A DNA stretch of 64,000 nucleotides, taken from Octopus vulgaris (taxonomy: Eukaryota). Both the position numbers and the translations under genes were made by a program. The stretch spans positions 89,528,001 to 89,592,000 of the forward strand of contig OX597819.1 of assembly GCA_951406725.2 (NCBI GenBank), read 5' to 3'. How positions within the stretch are numbered: position 1 is the first letter of the stretch; every line of letters begins with the position of its first letter. The notes beneath the pieces are model-generated. The model searched no databases. It was given only the letters and a program-made list of their open reading frames with translations, and was not told where the DNA came from. Below, one piece after another: positions 54,562 through 64,000 of the stretch.

Positions 54562-54815
54562 TGGAGGGGCGTGGCTTAGTGGTTAGGGTGTTGCACTCAT
54601 GATTGTAAGATGGTGGTCTCAACTCCTGGATCGAGTGATGCACTATGCTCTTGAGCAAAACACTTCCTTTCACGTTGATCCAGTCCTCTCAGCTGGCAGA
54701 ATGAGTTATCCTGCGATAGGCATGCGTCCCGTCCAGTTTGGAAATATATACGCAACAGAATCCGAGAAGACGGCCTTATGAGTTTATGGTTCGAGAAGGG
54801 CCTTTGATCTTTTTG
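54562..54815 (+). mobile_element. tRNA-derived CORE-type SINE with TSD
   Basis: A-box tggcttagtgg. TSD aatatagtaggacg / aatacagtaggacg (54548-54561, 54816-54829). Confidence 0.8.
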
Positions 54816-54966
54816 AATACAGTAGGACGGTAGGGATTCCCAAATTTATTTTTTTCTTTTTACTCGCAGTGCACTTTAGAGCGAATAAAAATATTTTGGT
54901 GAGCTTCAGCGTAGTCATAATGTATTTTAAAAGAGGTATTTATACATTTTAGCCTATGATTTAAAC

Positions 54967-55003
<37 letters not shown>

Positions 55004-55020
55004 TATAATCGTCGTCATTG

Positions 55021-55055
<35 letters not shown>

Positions 55056-55493
55056 GTCGTCGTCGTCGTCGTCGTCATTGTCGTTCTCCTCCTCCTACTC
55101 CTCCGTAGTTTCTCTTATTTTTGGTCACAAGAGACCAACTGTTGCATGCTCTCTCAGCGATCACCACCTATCCACACTATGCCGCAGAGGTGACAAAGAA
55201 ACAAGAGTCAACATCCATACAAATGTCCCGGCTGCGACCCTTATGTTTTGTCTCCTTACACGTTACGGCACCAGCCAGCGAACAAGGCTACACTAGACAA
55301 AGCTCATTTGTTTTCCATTCGCGTTTTCGCTTTTAAAGGCCAGACACGCTTCCATACACCCAATTCCAGTCGATAAAACACACATCGGCCAGGGATTCCT
55401 CGAACTGCTTCTTCAAAAACGTAAACAAGCCACCTCGATTTCCAGGCGACGAATTGGCAGAGTCGTTACAGCGCTCGACATGACGCTTCGTGG

Positions 55494-55701
55494 GGCGTTC
55501 AAGAATTTTGGACCTGGCGATCTCCATTTCCAGCGACTTCGAGGGCCACCTCCCAGTGGTGTCGGGCGTCAATGAAAGAGCCCTCGACTACAACAAGACG
55601 ACCAAAGTTTTTTTTTTCCAAGGTCTGGGGTCTCCCGCCCATAAGCCCTAGACCATCACCTAATCACCCTTACCCGTCTTGTTACTTAAAAACAACAACA
55701 A
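55494..55701 (+). mobile_element. Unclassified 208-bp retro-insertion inside a Meta-like SINE (55445-55805)
   Basis: 12-bp TSD gacgcttcgtgg (55482-55493, 55702-55713) and a (CAA)n tail. Confidence 0.7.
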
Positions 55702-56001
55702 GACGCTTCGTGGTATTTAGTTCGATTCTCTACGCTCTGGTTTCAAGTTCTACCGAGGTTAACTTTGCCATCCACCCTTTTGGGATCTATAAAAAAAGCA
55801 CCAATAAAAGATTTTGGAGTTGTGAAGCTATAAGACATCGGAGAGGAGCCCTTGCGTTATTTGTACCGGCTCTTTGCCTTCTGAGTTTAAATTTCGCCAT
55901 AACCTACAAACCATCGCCTGATTTAACATCACCACCTGGCACTTTGAGTCCCTTTAGCGGAGTCCAACCTGTTGCAAGCATTCGGACCAGTCTTTTGATT
56001 T

Positions 56002-56401
56002 GTACTCTTTTACCCTTGTTTCAGCCATTTGAATGTGGCCATGCTGGAGCACCGCCTTTAGTCGAGCAAATCGACCCTAGGACTTATACTTATTCTATCA
56101 GTCTTTTTTGCCGAACCGCTAAGTTACGGGGACGTAACCACACCAGCATCGGTTGTCAAGCGATGTTGGGGGGACAAATACAGACACACAAACATATACA
56201 TACACATACATATATATATGTATATATACATATATACGACGGGCTTCTTTCAGTTTCCGTCTACCAAATCCACTCACAAGGCTTTGGTCGGCCTGAGGCT
56301 ATAGTAGAAGACACTTGCCCAAGGTGCCACGCAGTGGGACTGAACCTGGAACCCTGTGGTTGGTAAGCAAGCTACTTACCACACAGCCACTCCTACGCCT
56401 A
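56002..56401 (-). mobile_element. tRNA-derived CORE-type SINE (same family as 8786)
   Basis: Full-length reverse-complement match. Confidence 0.9.
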
Positions 56402-56669
56402 TCTTCCTCCCACCAATCTCATGGGCACTGACCTTTCCTAGACGAAGTAATCGAGGAAAGAGATACTGCCTCATGTAACATACCTCCCATACGAGCTGGC
56501 CTATGTACAGTATTACTGGATACCAAAAGATGAACTGTCGTCGTTGTTACCTTCGTTATTAAAATTTTCACTTTTATCACTTATTTTACATTTGTATTTG
56601 TCAGTGATTATTTTGTATTTGTTCAGCTGTCACTATATTTTGTTCACCTTTCTTTAAAGTTATATTTAG

Positions 56670-56785
56670 GAGGTGTCCGTTGCTTCCACCTCCTTCAACC
56701 ACACCGGAGCTGGCTATCTTGAATCAATAATAAACAATGTCAACACGAGTATTTGAAAATATCCAAAGTGGAACTTTCCCTTCAT
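56670..56785 (+). other. Candidate host exon containing a start codon (MSTRVFENIQSGTFPS...)
   Basis: tttag acceptor after a T-rich tract. In-frame TAATAA, then aaacaATG at 56737. Donor AT|GTAAGA. No recognised homology. Confidence 0.3.
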
Positions 56786-56956
56786 GTAAGAGTTCTTAAA
56801 TCCTTAGTTGTCAAAATGAAACCAAAATAATAAAAAAAAACAACAACTCTACCTTCAAAGTAAACATGGCAAATCCAATTCTCTTACGAAACTCTATTTC
56901 TGGCATCCGTTGTTCGACAAACAATAATAGCAATGCCGAAAAGAACGCCAACGACG

Positions 56957-56994
<38 letters not shown>

Positions 56995-57060
56995 AATAAT
57001 AATAATAATAAAGAACAACGACGACGACGACGATGGGCGATGATGATGATGATGATAATA

Positions 57061-57615
57061 AATGCTTTGATGCAGTACCAGGCAGTGGCTCTCGTGGCTT
57101 CTGATCTTAACTGATTGGAAGTGTTATCATGTACATTGTTTTATCTTGGTAGAAGATAGGCTACAGCAAATATTCTGCTCAATACCACAGATTTGCTTGT
57201 CAGTTGTTTGACCTTAACCAGTTGACCATGTCCCTTAGTGGCTGACGTTATGTGCATCTCTGATCATGAGCAGAAGTAGTGGGGGAGCATCATAGCCGTG
57301 TGTTTAAAGGAAGTCTTAGAGGTTTGGATAATTCACCTTTGGAAACATGGGTGGTTTGTTCAACATCCTTAAACAATCCTTATTCAGGGACCTTTTGAGC
57401 GGGATGCGTTACTCGACCAGAAGAAAATTCTAACTGGGCCCCACCTGCAAGGTCATGTGCTATTTATCTTGATATGAGATCACCATGTCACGCACATATG
57501 GTTGTGATGCATGTGCCTGGTGTACCCTTATCAGACGGGTAGTCATGATGGGTATACTGTGCTTCGTATATTTTACCCCAGTGTCACTTTGATGGCATGC
57601 ACAACTCTCTCACTC

Positions 57616-57687
<72 letters not shown>

Positions 57688-57777
57688 CCTTATCAGATGG
57701 GTAGTCATGATGGGTATATTGGGCTTCGTATATTTTACCCCAGTGTCACTTTGATGGCATGAACTGCTCTCTCACTC
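57061..57777 (+). mobile_element. (AAT)n-associated retroelement 3' end (57061-57615) plus a second truncated copy (57686-57777)
   Basis: Both end in ctctcactc-(AAT)n and are preceded by (AAT)/(GAT) repeats. Confidence 0.75.
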
Positions 57778-57789
57778 AATAATAATAAT

Positions 57790-58925
57790 AGACAAGGCGA
57801 AGAGCGCGATGCGATTGCAATAGATATTATATTGATTGAACGATATAAAAATATAAAAGCTGTATTGACCTATATTTCTGACCCCAAGACAACTAGCATT
57901 GGAGTATCTGCACGCTGTACCTTGAAAAACAGCCGCAAGAAAGGTAAGACCTGTTCATTGTGCAACAACATGAGTCAAGTGAATTCCATCAGGAATCATA
58001 ACAGAAATATTATGATTTATACAGAAGGTGTGACATGTAGAGATTCCCATTTGGTGTACGCGACAGAATGCGCGAAACAACTTGATTTATGTTGGTTGTA
58101 CAACAGAACAATTAAACAAAAGATTTAATGAGCACAGATTTGACGTCAGGCACAATAACAGTAGTTCGACAGAACTAGTCAAACATTTTGTTTCAAACGG
58201 CTGCAATTTTGAAAAAGACTTGAAAGTGCATATTCTCGGAAATATTCTGAATCTGCTTTCCTTTCAATACTCAAAATGCATGAGGAGAAATATGTTTGCG
58301 GGTTAGTAACATCACGCCCTGAGGAATTAATAAAATGACAGGAGAATATCATCAAATTTATACAAAACTTAAACAATATGAGAGATGACTATATGGATCC
58401 CTTGTATGCTAAAAATAGACGTCAAACCGTCTTACCATTAAATCTGTGTTCTCAACTTAGTAACACGGTTTGACGCCTATTTTTAGCATACAAGGGATCC
58501 ATATAGTGATCTTTCATATCGTTTATGTTTAAATAAAATGCACAGTCGTCGTGGGTCTTTAAGTATGCTGACCACTAATTGAAATTGATAGTATTTAATA
58601 ATATTAATTTCTACTCCTATTATTTATACAAAACTGTTTTATTGAAAATTCTTCTTTTTCCTTTCCTTTTTTTCCTTTGTTTCTCGCATTTTATCTATCT
58701 TTTTCTTTTCGCCTGTTATAAAATTGAAACTTAAAAGCTGAAGATATCACTCCATCAACGTGTAGACACTGGTTGCTTTCATTCATACTTTAGATTTGAA
58801 TTTCTATAATTTTGAATCTTTATCACTTTTTATTTTGAACTCAACAAAGACAGGTTCGTTGTCGAAATATCGTTTAACCAATAAAATATCTATTGCAATC
58901 GTATCGCGCTCTTCGTCTTGTCTGT
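57790..58925 (+). mobile_element. Penelope-like GIY-YIG fragment with an inverted pLTR segment and internal hairpin
   Basis: TCSLC...TCRDSHLVYATEC..IYVGCTTEQLNKRFNEHR...LVKHF. 57790-57847 is the reverse complement of ~58866-58924. Hairpin arms at 58372-58435 and 58460-58528. Confidence 0.85.
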
Positions 58926-58960
58926 TTACCTTTGTGAAGGGTTACGTCATTCCTTTTAAA

Positions 58961-59013
<53 letters not shown>

Positions 59014-59089
59014 GGCTTCAACTTTTTGCACAAAGCCAGCAGTTTCGGGAGAAGGGCTAAGTCGATTAAATTGATCCCAGTGCTCGGTA

Positions 59090-60130
59090 GGAGTGGAGGT
59101 CTTCTTTCGGCTGTCATTGTTCGGAGTTATTAGAAGAAAACTTTGAAGTCGTTGGTGCTTCCACAGTTGTAGCATCGCGGCATTCTGCCTTCAACAACCA
59201 CCTGTAGTTGCTGCTCTCTTGGAATCTCTCTTAGGCCGAGGATTTTGTCCTCGAATCAAAATTTCCGTCCCCATCATGATTAAATTTTCTTTGTTTGAAA
59301 TTTTTAAAAATATTTCTAGAAATGTACTGAAACATATATCACCACCCACCAGAAATTTAATCCTGGTTGTATATTTGTGCATTTTTCTTGAATCATTCAG
59401 CGTTCCAGATACATCAGTATTAATGTAAAATCTTTCGATATGTGTTGGGCGGTGGAGTGCTTCTGTGCTTGGGTTTCCGACTGGGAAATAACTCTAATAT
59501 ACTCAACTTTGAGGGAATAACCCCCAAACTGATGTCAGGCCATGTATTCTTTCAACAGAGTTCAGCCTACTTTGAAGGTATGTGCTAATTTGAGTTCTTT
59601 CATCGACAATCATTTATACAGAATTGTTTATCTTTCAGTTTTATCTAAATGATGTTGCAATATATTCAGTATTTTATCTCTGTTCCAGTTGGTTTATATG
59701 CTTCTTTGTCTCTTTTGAATATTCATGTTTGTTTTCTAATGGTACGATACCGAACACAGTTGTGATCGTTGCTAAAGAAGCCATTTTTACTGCTGTTAGT
59801 AGTGTTAGAACCATCACTATCACCACTGTTCATAGTTCTTATTTGGGTGGTAATGGTGGCGTTGACAATGCATGATTTGCTGTTGTAGCTCCTGGGGATT
59901 TTTCGAGTTTCTTCACTTGACATGCCATTGTTCGTGCTGCTGCGACAGTTGTTGCTGAGGTGGTTGTTACTATTGCTGTTGGTGTCGTTGCTGTTGTTGC
60001 AATTGATACTGCTGCTACTACTTTTAATTACGTCTGAAGAATCGTGTGAAAGGTGTTGACTGCGAAAGACGATTTAACCTTCAAAGCCTCCTCCCATTTC
60101 CCTCTCTTTAGGCTCGACGACGAAGACGAC
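59090..60130 (-). mobile_element. L1/Tx1-like ORF1 remnant (zinc knuckle)
   Basis: QLQVVVEGRMPRCYNCGSTND has the same VEGR-CYxC motif as the 4873 element. Thr/Ala-rich N-terminal region. Confidence 0.55.
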
Positions 60131-60392
60131 GCCATTTTGAAATTATATTTTTGTTTCTCAAAATAAAAAAAAAAAAAAAAAGCAGAAGAAAAGAAAATCC
60201 TTTCTTTTAAAATGTTGCCCCAGAGGGCTAGTAACAAAAACGATTGATCAGCCCCTTGTGGTTCAGGTCAGCTAAGAAACCAGATAAAACAATAAAATCA
60301 ACAATATCAGACTTCCGAAAAGAGAAATAAAACATACTTTCACGGAGCTTCCGAAACACGTTCAGCTTCGACGATAAAAAAACAACAACAGC

Positions 60393-60647
<255 letters not shown>

Positions 60648-61092
60648 CAAAAGTTAATGAATTGACAATGCCATGTTAAAGGAAGAATGGAGCAGAACAG
60701 TTTTAGCGAGCCGCCACTTTAATTTGGTACATTGATGGTAGGCAGCTATTGATCCGATCAAAGTCGACTCAGTCAAATAGAGTTATTTGTCATGTCACTT
60801 TATTTCTCTTCTTCGTGCCGTGCAAATCAATTTAGTCGAGGACTGTAAACTGCTAAAAATAAATCCTGCAACTTGACTTTGCCGATTAAAATTTAAAGCA
60901 TAGTGCGAGGAAATGGTGGTATAAATCTTTCCGACTATTGTAATCGAACTGTCAAATTCACCTCCAGCAGGTAATAACTCTTAAATGCTATATATTTGTC
61001 TGAGTTTATATGTCTGTGTGTGTGTGTGTGTGTTGTGTGTGTGTTGTGTATGTGTATGTATATATAAGTATGTATGTGTATATATGTATATA

Positions 61093-61145
<53 letters not shown>

Positions 61146-61184
61146 TTATTTGCTCTTGTATGTATGAGAATACCTACGTACATA

Positions 61185-61215
<31 letters not shown>

Positions 61216-61335
61216 TCCCACAACGTTTATACACATAGTACTTATGCATACTTATATATATATCCTCTGTCTCTTTCTCTCTGTATATATACGTATGTGT
61301 GTGTAGTTGTGTGTGTGTATATATATATACGTATG

Positions 61336-61372
<37 letters not shown>

Positions 61373-61405
61373 ATACATGTATATATATATATGTATGTGT
61401 GTATG

Positions 61406-61436
<31 letters not shown>

Positions 61437-63140
61437 ATATATATATATACATGCATATATAGAGGGAGAATACAATGGTATGACTATGATATACAATAAG
61501 ATATGCATATATGTATGTAACTGTGTGTGTGTGTATATGTGTGTGTGTATTTCAATAAGATAGATACAGCCTGTCGATTAACTCTTTAATTTATCCTCTT
61601 AGAGATAGGATTGCTTCTTCCAATATTTTATTGAGATAGGCAAATTTACAAGGAATAATCTATTTGCAGAAGGGTGAAAGAATAAACTATATTGTCCCCA
61701 CTACCATCACCACCACCACCACCCACCACAAATCACATATAGGCTTCTAAAGAAATAGATTTTCCGGGCAATTCAGACAATAATACCTAGCCATAAAAAC
61801 AAATTTTACTTTTATCAATTTAGGCCGCGCAGAACTCATTAAAAATGTTATCATTATCATGGTACCAATTCCTCAACAATCCCCTTGTGATTTTATTTTA
61901 GTATGTATCAATTGATACGTAGTCGCTGATGTGTTAGCACCAAATATTGACCCCCAAGGAGTTTTCATGACACGATTCACATGATCTACATAGTAATATT
62001 TTCCTAGCAACTAGTAAGCTGAAAATCCTTGAGTGCTTATTTCTGATTCGATTTATACAAGAACTAGCCATCACGTTTTGCCACGACAAACGTAAAACGT
62101 GGACTATGCAACACAAGGTGCCATCGATTTGCTCTCATTTTCGAATATATTCTTTTTCTAAATAATGTAATATGCGCACACTTGCCTCTTGATAGTGTGT
62201 CTTGATATTGTAGCCAAAGGAATAAAAAATCACAGAAAACTACGTCACAGAAATAAGTCACTAGAATCCCTCAATCTGGTGTGTCATTGAATTGTTCCAG
62301 CTTGAAGAAGCGACAGGGAGCATAATTATCCAGCAGGGCGCAGTAGGAAACTCCCCTCAAAGAAAAATTGGTCGACGCTTCGTGTAGTTAGAAGAACGCC
62401 TTCATGTCTTGTGTATTGCTCGACGGGAAAACCACAAGTCTACGGCAGAATTTCTTCGTGGCGTCAACAGGAATATTCATCTTAGTCAGCATTTAAAATT
62501 ACATTAGCAATACTGAATATACATATAATGCCACGATACTATGCGTGGTGGTATCAGTCTGTACACGTCATTTATTGTCAACAAAATCACTGAATTAAAT
62601 ATTTTGTTTCAATGTCTATTTGTATTAACTTTGCTTAAGAAATGAAATAAAAGATTTTCATTTATTTTTTCGCACGTGTAATGCTATCATATATGAATTG
62701 TTTACAAGGCGTGGACTATCGGTTAATAATTGATTTAATATACCTTTTGTTTCATTACTTTGTTTATAGTGTTTAAGTAAAATGTGACTTTTTCTCTCGA
62801 GTAACTGTTTTTCCTGACATCCTTTTAACATAAGTCACACGGCCTATCTAACTAACAAAAATTCTCTTGATCAACAAAGGAAGCAAACTTGGAAGCTCTG
62901 TATTAATGATCCTAGATAAAAGAGATACTTGTCCTTCGATGTTTGTTTACCTAAGTATTCTCGTGAAGGTGAAACGTGAAATAACTTTCATATGAACTAT
63001 GAAAAATCCAATATCGCGTTATTTATGTTGTTTAGCCAAAGGTCACCACTAATATTTTCTATTTAATCAAGAATGTTTTTTTTAACGCAAGTACTGTATT
63101 CACCTACACACTCACACACACACACATACACACACACATA

Positions 63141-63194
<54 letters not shown>

Positions 63195-63433
63195 TAGTGA
63201 TCGTAAGTTCAATTCCTAGACCGAGTGGTGCGTTGTGTTCTTGAGCAAAACAATTCATCTCACCTCGCTCTGCAACCACTTCGACACCGCACGTCTGTTC
63301 AAACAACATCGAGTTGATGGAGCGAGTGAGCTTATGTACGACACACACATTTGGTCACTATAAACAATTCATTTGTGCAAGTTGTTCCGAAAAAACCTGA
63401 ACGCTCATACATCGTCTTCGACGGGCGAGTACA

Positions 63434-63437
<4 letters not shown>
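63195..63437 (+). mobile_element. 5'-truncated tRNA-derived SINE with RTE-like tail
   Basis: B-box agttcaattcc, CORE-like ttcttgagcaaaaca, tail catcgtcttcgacgggcgagt. Confidence 0.65.
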
Positions 63438-63499
<62 letters not shown>

Positions 63500-63508
63500 A
63501 TAATAATA

Positions 63509-63540
<32 letters not shown>

Positions 63541-63740
63541 TATAAAGTAATACTAAGCAATTAAGGGTTTAGCAACGAATTGCCTCACCACACACCGAAT
63601 TTAGAAATAGCAGTCAAAGAGTTATAGCTATTCTTTCTACTAAAAGGGAGATCTCAGTAAAAAACACAGCACTTGAAAGGCAAACACAGACAGGTAAGAA
63701 AGAATGAAATGACGGCAATCCATCATACAATTTTAAGTTA

Positions 63741-63832
63741 CCTACGGACGTACGTTTCGAAATCAAGTTTTAGGAAAGCATAAGAATTAGATAATTCTAC
63801 CTTACCCAAACTTCTTTTCTCATCAGCGTAGG
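63741..63832 (-). ncRNA. Type I hammerhead ribozyme with long extended stem II
   Basis: cctacg-CTGATGA-gaaa...tttc-GAA-acgtacgt-C-cgtagg. Perfect 6-bp stem I, canonical core, palindromic stem III, GUC site. The stem II insert pairs further (aagttt/aaactt, agaatta/taattct). Confidence 0.9.
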
Positions 63833-64000
63833 ATACTACAATTATGAATAATTGTATATTAAATTTTGAGATACTAGAAAGCATTATCTCAACTCAGTGT
63901 CAGAGCGAGCCAAAGCATTACCAGTACCACGAAATTCAAAGTGTGAATGAAAGTTTGTGTCACCAGCCCCTTTCCACCCGCGTGCAGCCAAGACAAGATG

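Noticed and set aside
55572-56366. Longest ORF (264 aa)
   Set aside because: Chance read-through of nested SINEs, mostly the antisense of a CORE-type SINE.
62327-62345. CTCF-like TATCCAGCAGGGCGCAGTA
   Set aside because: Mismatch in the GGC core and no supporting context.

Overview
AT-rich, microsatellite-dense eukaryotic DNA. Its SINE families and TE mix point to a coleoid cephalopod, most likely Octopus (inference from repeat content). I found no intact protein-coding gene. Almost every ORF in the track is microsatellite translation or a decayed transposon. The window is a mosaic of tRNA-derived SINEs (several with clean TSDs), Tc1/mariner, pogo/Tigger, hAT, Chapaev-like and Helitron-like DNA elements, and RTE, R4/Dong, L1/Tx1-like and Penelope (GIY-YIG) retroelement fragments. 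The most notable signal is a dispersed set of Type I hammerhead ribozyme motifs with palindromic stem III. Several have long stem II insertions, and several carry the compensatory U3-A8 core (UUGANAA). They sit in foldback repeats, next to Penelope fragments, and in a near-perfect 356-bp tandem dimer with the layout of a retrozyme or circular-RNA element. Two Tc1/mariner elements also carry CTCF-like motifs just inside a TIR, and there are two weak candidate host exons. All calls were made by eye and coordinates may be off by a few bases.
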